From NCBI GenBank assembly GCA_964567785.1, contig CAZMOK010000007.1:4254-68253 (forward strand): DNA of 64,000 nt. Reading direction: 5' to 3'. The stretch comes from an uncultured Bacteroidales bacterium (GTDB lineage Bacteria; Bacteroidota; Bacteroidia; Bacteroidales; JAGOPY01). The number at the start of each line of letters is the position of its first letter. The stretch's first letter is position 1. The notes beneath the pieces are model-generated. The model saw only the letters and a list, made by a program, of their open reading frames with translations. It was not told the DNA's origin and did no database searches. Positions 9,910 to 20,140 of the stretch are shown here, one piece after another. Both the position numbers and the translations under genes were made by a program.

Positions 9910-10761
9910 ATGAAAAAAATAACATCTTCAATATTATTTACACTAATAACACTTTTCTTTGTCAGCTCCGCTCAGGCGCAGCTTATCAGTGCAAGCGATT
10001 TCATGAGCCTTCGTAAAAAAGATAAAAATATGGTAGTGGTCGATTGCAACAAAGCCGACATCTATGCAAAGGCACACATTATGAAAGCTGTCAGCGTTCC
10101 CCACAATTCACTCTATAAGGAAGGCGAAATAGAAGGATTGATCAAGAGCCCCGAAGAACTTGCAAAGATATTCGGCGAGAATGGCGTGAACAATGAGAAC
10201 ACCATTGTACTCTATGATGACGGCTCGAACAAATATACAAGCAGGGTTTACTGGATCCTGGATTACCTGGGCGCGGATAATGTTAGGATCCTCCATAAGG
10301 ATATGGACCTGTGGAAAAAATCAAGGGTGCCTCTTACAAGAAGCAAAACCAATGTCAAGCCAACCACTTTTACACCGAAAGTGAATGAGTCGATAATTGT
10401 AAGCACAGACTTTGTAAAAAACAATATTTCTGATCCCAATGTACTTGTTTTCGACTCAAGAGACCTTGAAGAATACAACGGCACTTCCGAAAAGAGTGAT
10501 GGCCATATAAAAGGGGCTATACATCTTAACTACAAAGACCTTCTTGATGAGAACGGCGCTTTTAAGAGCAAGGACGAACTGGAATCAATAGCTTCCAAAC
10601 ACGGTATTACCAAAGACAAAACCACTGTATTCTATTGCCTGACCAGTGTCCGTGCAGCAGCCGGTTATGTGGCATTTGCTGAAATTCTCGGATACCCGAA
10701 CATAAAAGTATACGATGGAGCGTATAATGAATGGGTAGCCAGAGGTTTACCTATCGAATAA
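9910..10761 (+). CDS. Periplasmic two-domain thiosulfate/3-mercaptopyruvate sulfurtransferase-like rhodanese
   Basis: Signal peptide ...SSAQAQ. Inactive N-domain (IVLYDDGSNK) plus catalytic C-domain loop FYCLTSVRAAAGY, the classic TST/MST architecture. Confidence 0.8.
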   Translation: MKKITSSILFTLITLFFVSSAQAQLISASDFMSLRKKDKNMVVVDCNKADIYAKAHIMKAVSVPHNSLYKEGEIEGLIKSPEELAKIFGENGVNNENTIVLYDDGSNKYTSRVYWILDYLGADNVRILHKDMDLWKKSRVPLTRSKTNVKPTTFTPKVNESIIVSTDFVKNNISDPNVLVFDSRDLEEYNGTSEKSDGHIKGAIHLNYKDLLDENGAFKSKDELESIASKHGITKDKTTVFYCLTSVRAAAGYVAFAEILGYPNIKVYDGAYNEWVARGLPIE

Positions 10762-10793
10762 CTCTGTTGTCAGAGTTTTGGTTCATCTTTCAC

Positions 10794-10819
10794 AGCCCTC
10801 TGTGTTTTCACAGGGGGCT
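10794..10819 (+). terminator. Hairpin terminator after the sulfurtransferase gene
   Basis: AGCCCTCTGTG-tttt-CACAGGGGGCT (one G-U pair) followed by a T-rich tail. Confidence 0.5.
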
Positions 10820-10860
10820 TTACTTATTAATGTGGTTTAGCATAATTTTGTTACGCGTTT

Positions 10861-12090
10861 ATGGAACACCCGGGAAATATCAATATTGAGAAATATACTT
10901 ACGACCTGCCACAGGAAAAGATAGCGCTTTACCCGGTGGAAAAGAGGGACAGGTCAAAACTGCTGGTATACAGTTCGGGTGATTTAAGCGCCCATTATTT
11001 TCGTGACATTACCCGCCTTCTGCCCGGTAATTCCCTCCTGCTTGTTAACGAGACACGGGTCATACAGGCGAGGCTTATTTTCAGGAAAAGCACCGGAAGC
11101 CTCATTGAGATATTCTGCCTTGAGCCAGTTGAACCTTCCGGAGAATATCAACCGGCATTTTCAGCAACAAGTGAATGTACATGGAACTGCCTTGTAGGAA
11201 ATTCAAGGAGATGGAGATCAGGAAAACTTGAAATGACGTCAAACAATGATGGCAGGAAAGTTAAACTGATTGCCGAAAGGATTGACAAAGGAAGAGCCGG
11301 ATCACGGGTCAGGTTCCGCTGGTATCCGGGCGAATTGACTTTTGCAGAGGTCCTCGATCTTTTCGGTATCATCCCATTGCCGCCTTACATTAAGAGAGAG
11401 GCTGAACAATCTGACAGGGATACCTACCAGACAGTTTATGCAAAAAACAGCGGTTCGGTCGCTGCACCAACAGCCGGACTGCATTTCACCAACGAGGTTT
11501 TATCGGAACTGTCAGAAAAAAATATAACAAGACTGCCTTTTACGCTGCATGTTGGCGCCGGTACTTTCAGGCCTGTTTCCACACCTGAGCTGAAAGGGCA
11601 TAAAATGCACAGCGAAAGAGTCTCGATCCCCCGTAACGTACTCCTGGAATTGCATGAAAAAATTGATAACCCTAAAATTGTAGTGGGCACTACCACCACC
11701 CGGCTGGTGGAAAGTATTTACTGGCTCGGTGTTAAATGGGCTTTGAACAAGCCGGACATTGCCGAGATGGACCTTTCGCAATGGGAACCGTACGAAGAAC
11801 TTCACAGGCACAGGCTTTCACCCGCAGATTCACTTGAGAATGTGATTGATACACTTGACAAAAAAGGGCTGGACACATTACAGGGAAACACTGAACTGAT
11901 AATAGCCCCCGGTTATGAATACGCTATCCCCGATATTATGGTAACTAATTTCCACCAGCCACGCTCAACACTTCTCCTGCTTATCGCGGCATTCATCGGG
12001 GAGGACTGGAGAAAGGCATACCAGTTCGCACTCGAAAACGATTTCCGCTTCCTCAGCTATGGCGATAGCTGCCTGTTTTTTAAGGGCTGA
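10861..12090 (+). CDS. queA: S-adenosylmethionine:tRNA ribosyltransferase-isomerase
   Basis: YDLPQEKIALYP, VAAPTAGLHFT and HVGAGTFRPV motifs. 409 aa. Confidence 0.9.
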   Translation: MEHPGNINIEKYTYDLPQEKIALYPVEKRDRSKLLVYSSGDLSAHYFRDITRLLPGNSLLLVNETRVIQARLIFRKSTGSLIEIFCLEPVEPSGEYQPAFSATSECTWNCLVGNSRRWRSGKLEMTSNNDGRKVKLIAERIDKGRAGSRVRFRWYPGELTFAEVLDLFGIIPLPPYIKREAEQSDRDTYQTVYAKNSGSVAAPTAGLHFTNEVLSELSEKNITRLPFTLHVGAGTFRPVSTPELKGHKMHSERVSIPRNVLLELHEKIDNPKIVVGTTTTRLVESIYWLGVKWALNKPDIAEMDLSQWEPYEELHRHRLSPADSLENVIDTLDKKGLDTLQGNTELIIAPGYEYAIPDIMVTNFHQPRSTLLLLIAAFIGEDWRKAYQFALENDFRFLSYGDSCLFFKG

Positions 12091-12145
12091 TGGCCGTTAG
12101 CTTTTGGCTGTTTGATTCTATTATATATTTTTAGCCATCAGCCTT

Positions 12146-13903
12146 CTAATATCCGGCTGCCTGTCCGTCTTTCCTCGATTCAGACGCACCGTAGTAAACG
12201 CCGTTTTCCTCGTCCCACATTATGGCCTGGTATCCTCCATATCCGCCAAAGCTAAACTCAATATCGTGGCGTTTCATCATCAATTCCCTGATCACTTCAT
12301 AACCGAACCCGGTCTCAAGGTAAACTGTACCCCCATCGTACATCTTTTCATCGGTTGGCTGGGATGAGCCGCCATGACGCATCCGCGGTGCATCTCCGGC
12401 CTCCTGGATATTCATTCCAAAATCAATGATGTTAATAAGGACCTGGACATGGCCCTGGGGCTGCATACTCCCTCCCATCACCCCAAAGCTGATAAAAGGC
12501 TTCCCCTCTTTGGTGACAAAACCCGGAATGATGGTGTGGAAAGGCCGTTTGCCGGATTCATACACATTAAAATGACCTTCTTCCAGGCTGAAAAGCTCTC
12601 CCCTGTCCTGCAAAACAAAACCCAGGCCGGGAGGGGTCATCCCCGAACCCATGCCACGGTAATTGCTCTGGATAAGGGATACCATATTGCCTTCTTTATC
12701 TGCAACTGTAAGGTAAATTGTGTTACCGGTTTCAATTTTACCCGCCGGAACCGACATGGCAGCTCTTTCAGGATCGATCAATGATCTTCTTTCTGAGGCG
12801 TAATCCTTTGAAATAAGCTTATCTACCGGTATGTCATTAAAATCTGGATCGGCATAATACTTTGCACGGTCTTCAAATGCCAGTTTCTTTGCTTCTACCA
12901 GGTAATGAAGATATTCAGCACTGCCGAAACCCATACCGGATATATCGTATTCCTCAAGAATGTTCAGCATCTGAAGCGCTGCGATCCCCTGCCCGTTGGG
13001 AGGCAATTCCCACACATCATATCCCCTGTAATTGACCGATACCGGCTCCACCCATTCAGACTCGTGGTTTTTCATGTCGCTCATGGAAAGGAACCCTCCC
13101 TGGTCCCGGATATATTCAACAACGGTTTCAGCAATTTTACCCTCATAGAATGCATCCCTGCCTTCAGCGGCAATTTTCTTATAAGTGTTTGCCAGTGAAG
13201 GGTTCCTGAAGATCTCCCCTTTTCCTGGGGTGCTTCCTCCGGGCATAAAAACCTCGCTGAAGCCCGGAAATTGTTTCAGCCTGGATGCGCTCAGCTCCAT
13301 GTAAAAAGCAATCAGTTCGCTTACGGGAAATCCTTGCCGGGCATAATCTATGGCAGGCTGCAGGACAATGTCCATAGAAAGTGTGCCGAACCTGTCGTGA
13401 AGTTCGAACCAGGCATCAACACAACCCGGAACAGTAACAGGCAAAGGTCCGTATGCCGGGATCTTATCTAGCCCTTCTTCCCTGAAATAATCGATCTTCA
13501 GGTCGTTGGGTGACCTGCCACTGCCATTCAGCCCATATAGTTTACCGGTTTCCGCATCCCAGACTATGGCAAAAAGATCACCGCCTATGCCACAGCCGGT
13601 AGGTTCCATAAGCCCAAGAGCAGCATTCGCGGCGATTGCGGCATCAACAGCACTTCCACCCGACCTCAATATTTCAATCCCCACCTGTGTTGCCAGGGGC
13701 TGACTGGTAGCAACCATACCGTTCGGACTGATAATCTCCGATCGTGTGGCAAATTTTTTTCCGGTAAGCCTGTCCTGCGACAAACTATCTTTTGCAGAAA
13801 ATGCGAAAAAAAATATGATCATCAACAGTGCGACTATGTATTTATCAACTACTTTCGCACTGCGACAGTTATCCCTCAAAGTATTTTCCACCAATTTTTT
13901 CAT
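12146..13903 (-). CDS. ggt: Gamma-glutamyltransferase
   Basis: GGDLFAIVWD, the autoprocessing nucleophile region ETGNTIYLTVADKEGN, and GVMGGSMQPQGH. N-terminal signal/anchor. Confidence 0.9.
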   Translation of the reverse strand: MKKLVENTLRDNCRSAKVVDKYIVALLMIIFFFAFSAKDSLSQDRLTGKKFATRSEIISPNGMVATSQPLATQVGIEILRSGGSAVDAAIAANAALGLMEPTGCGIGGDLFAIVWDAETGKLYGLNGSGRSPNDLKIDYFREEGLDKIPAYGPLPVTVPGCVDAWFELHDRFGTLSMDIVLQPAIDYARQGFPVSELIAFYMELSASRLKQFPGFSEVFMPGGSTPGKGEIFRNPSLANTYKKIAAEGRDAFYEGKIAETVVEYIRDQGGFLSMSDMKNHESEWVEPVSVNYRGYDVWELPPNGQGIAALQMLNILEEYDISGMGFGSAEYLHYLVEAKKLAFEDRAKYYADPDFNDIPVDKLISKDYASERRSLIDPERAAMSVPAGKIETGNTIYLTVADKEGNMVSLIQSNYRGMGSGMTPPGLGFVLQDRGELFSLEEGHFNVYESGKRPFHTIIPGFVTKEGKPFISFGVMGGSMQPQGHVQVLINIIDFGMNIQEAGDAPRMRHGGSSQPTDEKMYDGGTVYLETGFGYEVIRELMMKRHDIEFSFGGYGGYQAIMWDEENGVYYGASESRKDGQAAGY

Positions 13904-14420
13904 GTTTTAATTTTTTGATTTACAACAATTTATGTTGTTCCTTATGTTCAATGCATCGAGTAGCAAGATACTTAATATGAGTTTAGATGTCTCCAACACA
14001 ACTCCGAAATTGTTAAAAACCTTCTCAAAGGTTGACAAACGTGGTAATACTGCCCCCCGCCCCGGTTAACTAAAGTCAGGTAAAGTGTTAAAATCAGCAT
14101 TTGCCTGAGCATTTCCAGGAGTAGAAACGAAATTATGTTGATAATTATAATTATTTGTTTTTCAGTTCTTTAATGAAATTTTAAAAAACTTTTTCAATTA
14201 ATGACCGTAAAAAATAGGAATAATTTCATTTGACCACTGTGTCACCCGGCAAAAATTACGAACAATTAAAAGTCAACCATTTTAGAATATTTCTAAATAG
14301 TAAAAATCCGTCTTACTTAATTTGATGAAAATGATAAATCATTATAACACATAGCGATAAAACCTTTCAGTACCACTACCATGCTCATGAACTCATTTAA
14401 ACTAATTAAATCGCCAAAAA

Positions 14421-17400
14421 ATGAAAAGAATCGCTACTGTACTAGGGTTGCTGACAGTCTTGACCTTTGCTTACCAGGCTTCAGCACAAGAAACTACCAA
14501 CCTCCGGGCACTTCAGGAATTTTCTAAAGAAAAAGAGGCAGAATATCAGAAGCAAAAGGCAGAGGCACTGGAATTTGCCAGTGAAAACGATATTCCGGTC
14601 AGTTTTCAAAATGAAGAAGGTACCTTCTTCGAACTCCAGTTCATTGATGATTTTGGCAGGCCGCAGTATTACATTACTCATAATGTGAACTCTGCTGCAA
14701 CCATTGCTACCAGCAATGTATTACCGGGTGGAAGTTCAGGGCTGAACCTCGACGGGTCAGGCATTACACCCAGGCAATGGGATGCAGGCGCAGCAAGGCC
14801 TACGCACCAGGAATTTGGCGGCAGGGTTACAATGGGTGATGGGGCTTCCACCAATCACTACCATTCAACTCACACTGCAGGTACCATAATGGCTTCAGGC
14901 GTTGATGCCAGTGCAAAAGGGATGGCCCCTGCTGCAGACCTGAGGGCATTCGACTGGAGCTATGATGAATCGGAGATGGCCTCAGAAGCCGCTGCAGGCG
15001 CACTGATGTCGAACCACTCATATGGCTATGGCCGCGGATGGGTATATTCGGGTGGCTGGCAGTGGTATGGCAATCCCTCTATCAGTGAGGATGAGGACTA
15101 CCTTTTTGGTTTTTATGAAAGCCAGGCCCAGAGCTGGGACCAGATAGCTGTTGATGCTCCTTTTTATCTCATAGTGAAATCTGCAGGAAATGACAGGGGC
15201 GACGGACCTACGGGGGGCCAGTACCCTCAGGACGGTCCTTATGACTGTATAAGCCATGCAGGTATTTCAAAGAATATTATGACTGTTGGAGCAGTTGAAG
15301 ATATCCCGGGCGGATATTCTGGTCCATCCAGCGTGGTCATGAGCTCATTCAGCTCCTGGGGCCCTGCTGATGATGGCAGGATAAAGCCTGATATAGTTGC
15401 CAACGGTGTTTCATTGTATTCTACAGATTCAGGTTCCGACGACGACTATGTTTCCCTCAGCGGAACTTCCATGGCGGCTCCTTCAGTTACCGGCTCCCTT
15501 GCCCTTCTTCAAGAGCACTGGGAAAATGAGAACGGATCAGGAAACTACATGAGGGCAGCAACCCTCAAGGGACTTGTGATTGCCACGGCTGATGAGGCAG
15601 GTGGATGGGACGGACCGGATTACGAATTTGGCTGGGGCTTGATGAACACAGAAAAAGCAGCCGAAAAGATCACTGAAGATCAGACTTTCAACGTGATCGA
15701 TGAGCTTACCCTGGCTGACGGTTCTGCCTATACAAGGACTATTACCTCTGATGGTACAGAACCCCTAAAAGTGACCATTTGCTGGACCGACCCCCCGGGA
15801 ACACCGGTAAGTGCACAGCTTGATCCAATTGACCCTATGCTTGTCAACGACCTTGACCTCAGACTTACATATGCCTCGAATACCTTCTATCCATGGAAGA
15901 TGGACAGGGACAACCCAACAGTGGCTGCTACCAACACAGGCGAAAACAATGTGGATAATGTTGAAGTCGTATATATTGACAGTCCTGTTGCAGGTGATTA
16001 CACAATTACCGTAGATCACGACGGAACGCTGACAGGGGGCACACAGGCCTTTTCTATAATAATAGACGGTGTTGTTGCATCAATACCGCCCGTTCCACCT
16101 GTTGCAGATTTCACCGCAGATGAAACCACACCCGAAACCATGGAGATAGTTCATTTTTACGACCTCTCAAATTACAATCCCGATACCTGGAACTGGTCGT
16201 TCAGTCCTTCAACCGTAACTTTCATAAACGGCACAAGCGCGTCATCACAAAACCCTGAAGTTACCTTCGACCAGCAGGGCACTTATGATGTGACGCTCAC
16301 CGTTACTAATCAATACGGCAGCGATACCGAAATCAAATATGGATACGTCGTAGTAACCGACCCGGTTCCGTTCAGCCTTCCCTGGATAGAAGACTTCGAA
16401 GGTGTTGGTCCTGTAACTACATTCACTGATAATACTTCCGAGATCAATGATCTTGAGTACTGGTCGTATGAGAAAACGGTCGATGGACGCCTTCGCTTTG
16501 ATGCCGGTTCGGGCTACTATTACAGCGGCAGCAATGCAGCTACACTTGATGCTCATCCGTCCGGGGCTTTTTCTGTAAACTACCTCATTGCATCAGTCAG
16601 TCTTTTCGACTATTCAACATGCGAGAATCTTGAACTCTCGTTTTACTATATGAACCATGGAGAGGAGTCAAGTCCAAATGACAGGGTCTGGATGAGAGGC
16701 AGCGATGCCGACCCCTGGATAGAGATATACGATCTTTATAATAACAGGGGCACCCCGGGTGTATGGAAGCATGTATCAGGTATAGATATTGATGCTATTC
16801 TTGCAACAAACGGACAAATCCCAACTCAGACTTTCCAGTTGCGTTTCGGTCAGGAAGATAACTACCCTTCAACCTCCACCACTGGCAGCGATGGTTTCAC
16901 CTTCGACGATGTAAAAATAGAAGAAATCGACCCGAGTCAATATATAATAAGTACCTTCCCATATTCACAAAGCTGGGAAGACGGCATGGGCCTCTGGTGC
17001 CAGGCAACCGACGATGATTTTGACTGGACGAGGAATACCGGGGGAACCCCCTCGATGGGTACTGGCCCTGTAGCAGCCCATGATGGTTCATACTATATGT
17101 TTACTGAAGCATCAAACCCCAGGGTTCTTGGAGATTTTACAAATATTTATGCCTCCTTTGATTTCACAGGCTTGACCAGTCCCTTACTTTCATTCTATTA
17201 TCATATGGCAGGAACTGATGTGGGATCACTACATGTGGATGTATACGATGGTTCAAGCTGGATAAACGATGTATGGAGTATCACCGGAATTCAGCAGGCT
17301 AACCAGACAGACCCATACCTTAACGCCACAGTCGACCTGTCTGCCTGGGAAGATATGAGTGATATCAAAATCCGTTTCAGGGGAATTGTCGGAAATGGAG

Positions 17401-18833
17401 GCGGAGATACATGGTCTAGCGATATTGCCATCGATCTCATAGAATTGACAGGCAATTCATCACCTCAGCCACCCTCCTGTACCAATCCTGTTGAACCGCT
17501 TGACGGAGCAACTGATGTATTAGTAACAACGGATATAACCTGGGATGCTGTTCCTGATGCCGACGGATACAAGATTTACATCGGATTCGACTCCCCGCCA
17601 ACAAATCTGGAGAACGGAACCGATCTGGGTGATGTCACAACATATACACCACCGGTTTCATTGGAACCCGGAACTATGTATTACTGGAAAATAATTCCGT
17701 ACAATGCAGAAGGGGATGCTACCGGTTGCGGCACCTGGTCATTCACTACTATGAATGTTCCTCCGGCAACCATACCCATACACCCCCCGCACGGGTCAAT
17801 AAATATTTCTGTAGACACAACTTTGTCATGGGTGCCGGTCCCGAATGCTACCGGGTATTTCCTCTATTTTGGAACCGACAACCCACCGTCGAATTTAGAA
17901 AACGGTACCGACCTGGGTAATGTTACTTCTTACTCTCCTACCGGAGGAATGCTTTATCAGACAGATCATTTCTGGAAAGTAGTCCCCTACAACGAAGGCG
18001 GGCCAGCAATTTCCTGTCCTAAGTGGGGATTCACCACAGAGGAGAACACAGCCCCATCTGTATATCCTTATGTTGAAAGCTTTGAAGAAGGGTTCGGGCT
18101 ATGGGTGCAATCTGTTAACGATAATTTCGACTGGACCAGGAACAGCGGTTACACTCCATCATGGAGGACCGGCCCGAACAGCGCGCACGACGGATATTAT
18201 TACATCTATACAGAAGCCTCAGGATTGTATTCAGGCGCTGAAGCACACCTGGAAGGGGAGTTTGACCTGAGTAACCTGGGCAGGCCAAAACTGTCACTGT
18301 ATTATCATATGTATGGAAGCACAATGGGTTCACTGCACATTGATATTTATGACGGTCAATGGCATAACAGTGTCTGGAGCATAAGCGGACAACAGCAAAG
18401 CTATTACAGCTCCTCTTATCAAAATATTGAACTCGACCTCATCAACTACAATACTGCAGCACCTGTAACAATAAGGATCAGGGGGGTAAGAGGCGGAGGC
18501 TACAGGTCAGACATCTCAATAGATATGGTTGAAATATATGATGGCTCCTCAGGGAACTCCGTGCCTTCCATAACTGCATCCACTCCGGAACCTGAGAAAC
18601 AACATAATGTTAAAATATGGTCGTACCATGATAAGGTGTATGTAAGTTCAGAGAATGAAGTGAGAGAAGGTGAAGTTCTGATCTATAATACAATGGGGCA
18701 GGTAATTGCTTATAAAGACCTTCAAAATAAAAGTCTCAATGTAATCCCATTGGTGACCGAACCGGGTTATTACATAGTGAAAGTAATTGTGAATGATAGG
18801 GTTTCGGTTGGGAAAGTTTTCTTATTCCGATAG
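14421..18833 (+). CDS. 1470-aa secreted S8 subtilisin-like peptidase with PKD, two MAM-like and two FN3-like modules and a T9SS C-terminal sorting domain
   Basis: Catalytic triad contexts QWDAGAA, HYHSTHTAGTI and SGTSMAAPSVTGS. PKD-like aa ~560-647. Duplicated D(D/N)FDWTRN(T/S)G...AHDG.YY.(F/Y)TEAS modules. Last ~75 aa resemble a Por/T9SS tail (...GYYIVKVIVNDRVSVGKVFLFR). Confidence 0.85.
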   Translation: MKRIATVLGLLTVLTFAYQASAQETTNLRALQEFSKEKEAEYQKQKAEALEFASENDIPVSFQNEEGTFFELQFIDDFGRPQYYITHNVNSAATIATSNVLPGGSSGLNLDGSGITPRQWDAGAARPTHQEFGGRVTMGDGASTNHYHSTHTAGTIMASGVDASAKGMAPAADLRAFDWSYDESEMASEAAAGALMSNHSYGYGRGWVYSGGWQWYGNPSISEDEDYLFGFYESQAQSWDQIAVDAPFYLIVKSAGNDRGDGPTGGQYPQDGPYDCISHAGISKNIMTVGAVEDIPGGYSGPSSVVMSSFSSWGPADDGRIKPDIVANGVSLYSTDSGSDDDYVSLSGTSMAAPSVTGSLALLQEHWENENGSGNYMRAATLKGLVIATADEAGGWDGPDYEFGWGLMNTEKAAEKITEDQTFNVIDELTLADGSAYTRTITSDGTEPLKVTICWTDPPGTPVSAQLDPIDPMLVNDLDLRLTYASNTFYPWKMDRDNPTVAATNTGENNVDNVEVVYIDSPVAGDYTITVDHDGTLTGGTQAFSIIIDGVVASIPPVPPVADFTADETTPETMEIVHFYDLSNYNPDTWNWSFSPSTVTFINGTSASSQNPEVTFDQQGTYDVTLTVTNQYGSDTEIKYGYVVVTDPVPFSLPWIEDFEGVGPVTTFTDNTSEINDLEYWSYEKTVDGRLRFDAGSGYYYSGSNAATLDAHPSGAFSVNYLIASVSLFDYSTCENLELSFYYMNHGEESSPNDRVWMRGSDADPWIEIYDLYNNRGTPGVWKHVSGIDIDAILATNGQIPTQTFQLRFGQEDNYPSTSTTGSDGFTFDDVKIEEIDPSQYIISTFPYSQSWEDGMGLWCQATDDDFDWTRNTGGTPSMGTGPVAAHDGSYYMFTEASNPRVLGDFTNIYASFDFTGLTSPLLSFYYHMAGTDVGSLHVDVYDGSSWINDVWSITGIQQANQTDPYLNATVDLSAWEDMSDIKIRFRGIVGNGGGDTWSSDIAIDLIELTGNSSPQPPSCTNPVEPLDGATDVLVTTDITWDAVPDADGYKIYIGFDSPPTNLENGTDLGDVTTYTPPVSLEPGTMYYWKIIPYNAEGDATGCGTWSFTTMNVPPATIPIHPPHGSINISVDTTLSWVPVPNATGYFLYFGTDNPPSNLENGTDLGNVTSYSPTGGMLYQTDHFWKVVPYNEGGPAISCPKWGFTTEENTAPSVYPYVESFEEGFGLWVQSVNDNFDWTRNSGYTPSWRTGPNSAHDGYYYIYTEASGLYSGAEAHLEGEFDLSNLGRPKLSLYYHMYGSTMGSLHIDIYDGQWHNSVWSISGQQQSYYSSSYQNIELDLINYNTAAPVTIRIRGVRGGGYRSDISIDMVEIYDGSSGNSVPSITASTPEPEKQHNVKIWSYHDKVYVSSENEVREGEVLIYNTMGQVIAYKDLQNKSLNVIPLVTEPGYYIVKVIVNDRVSVGKVFLFR

Positions 18834-18861
18834 AAGTAATAACCTGACAGGTATCTCACGC

Positions 18862-18895
18862 GGTCACGTTCGCCCTGAACGTGGCCGTTTTTTTT
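18862..18895 (+). terminator. Rho-independent terminator after the S8 peptidase gene
   Basis: GGTCACGTTC-gccct-GAACGTGGCC followed by a T9 run. Confidence 0.7.
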
Positions 18896-18930
18896 ATCCC
18901 CTTTTTATATGTTGTTGTAATTTTGCCACT

Positions 18931-19557
18931 GTGTCCCATAGCCATACAAATATTACGGCAATTATACTCTCAGGCGGTAAAAGCAGCAGGATGGGTAACG
19001 ATAAAGGCCTTGTGAAACTTAATGGCAAACCCCTGGTCAAATATGCCATAAGCACCCTTGAAAAACGCACTGCCAATATTGTTATCAGTTCAAACTCTGA
19101 GGAGTACCAGGAATTTGGCAAACCGGTAGTGAAAGATATCCACAATGGCATAGGCCCGATGGGGGGAATACATGCAGGCCTTCATTTCAGCAAAAGCAAA
19201 TTAAACCTGGTCCTTTCCTGCGATATGCCTTTCGTAACTCATCATCTTTACGATCTGTTATTGAGAAAAATGGAAAACTCGTTGGTTGCAGTCCCCTGGT
19301 ACCGTAACGACCACTTTGAACCAATGGCTGCCATCTATCATAAAGACATCCTTCCTTATTTGGAGGGGTATATCGGTAAAGGAAACTTCAAATTGCCCGA
19401 ACTCTTTAATGAAATCCCGGTTGAACGGATCAGGCTCCCTATCGACAAGGAATTTTTCCACCCGCATTACTTTTTCAATGTAAATACGGAAAGCGACCTA
19501 AAAGCAGCAGGAAAGATTTTGAATGAATTTCCGGGGAGAGAGCAGTGCTCAATTTAA
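18931..19557 (+). CDS. mobA: Molybdenum cofactor guanylyltransferase
   Basis: ITAIILSGGKSSRMGNDKGLVKLNGKPL and LSCDMPF motifs. Start placed at GTG 18931 because the longer ORF runs through the upstream terminator and overlaps the peptidase gene. Confidence 0.75.
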   Translation: MSHSHTNITAIILSGGKSSRMGNDKGLVKLNGKPLVKYAISTLEKRTANIVISSNSEEYQEFGKPVVKDIHNGIGPMGGIHAGLHFSKSKLNLVLSCDMPFVTHHLYDLLLRKMENSLVAVPWYRNDHFEPMAAIYHKDILPYLEGYIGKGNFKLPELFNEIPVERIRLPIDKEFFHPHYFFNVNTESDLKAAGKILNEFPGREQCSI

Positions 19558-19591
19558 AAAGGGAAAAACAATAAGGCTAAATGAAACTTCT

Positions 19592-20140
19592 ATGCTCAAA
19601 CTTCCAAACGCATTAATAATCGTAGGTACTAACCGGAATGCCGGCAAAACTACCCTGGCCTGTGATATCATCAGGAGGTTCTCATCTCCCGAAAAAATAA
19701 CCGGGATCAAGATCTCCCCGCATTTTCATGAATTGGACGATGATGCAATCATCGTTGAAAAGAATGAAGATTTTGTAATTGTTAAGGAATCAAAACAAGG
19801 CACTGTAAAAGACAGCTCGAGGATGCTGGATGCAGGGGCTCACGAAGTCTACTACATACAGGTATGGGACATGAACATAGAGAAGGCCTTCAGGACACTC
19901 ATAAAGCATATCGACAATTCATCACCGCTGGTATGCGAATCGGGATGGCTTAGAACGGTTGTTGAGCCGGGGCTTTTCCTGATCCTCAACAGAAAGGGTA
20001 ACACAGACATCAAGGAAAGTATTTCAGAATACAAAAAGCTTCCTCATCATTGGATTGAATTTGATGGGAAAGGTTCTGATAAAGGGCTGGAAAAAATAAC
20101 CCTTGAAAACAACAGTTGGAAAATCAAAGATCAATCCTGA
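19592..20140 (+). CDS. MobB-like P-loop protein (molybdopterin-guanine dinucleotide biosynthesis adapter-like)
   Basis: Walker A GTNRNAGKTT. GIKISPHFHE and KDSSRMLDAGA parallel E. coli MobB GLIKHTHHD and KDSYELRKAGA. Start set at ATG 19592. Confidence 0.55.
   Translation: MLKLPNALIIVGTNRNAGKTTLACDIIRRFSSPEKITGIKISPHFHELDDDAIIVEKNEDFVIVKESKQGTVKDSSRMLDAGAHEVYYIQVWDMNIEKAFRTLIKHIDNSSPLVCESGWLRTVVEPGLFLILNRKGNTDIKESISEYKKLPHHWIEFDGKGSDKGLEKITLENNSWKIKDQS

Noticed and set aside
12085-12143. 10-bp inverted repeat GGCTGATGGC ... GCCATCAGCC between the convergent queA and ggt genes.
   Set aside because: The 39-nt loop and the absence of a clear T-run make an intrinsic-terminator call unsafe. It may still form a weak bidirectional structure.
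13904-14420. 517-nt non-coding stretch upstream of the S8 peptidase as a riboswitch or sRNA locus.
   Set aside because: I recognised no conserved riboswitch core or stable extended structure by eye. It is left as an unexplained long leader or promoter region and is mentioned under the peptidase finding.
18793-18930. Upstream extension of the mobA ORF, overlapping the end of the S8 peptidase gene.
   Set aside because: The extension runs through a strong hairpin plus T9 terminator (18862-18895). The conserved MobA N-terminus begins just after GTG 18931.
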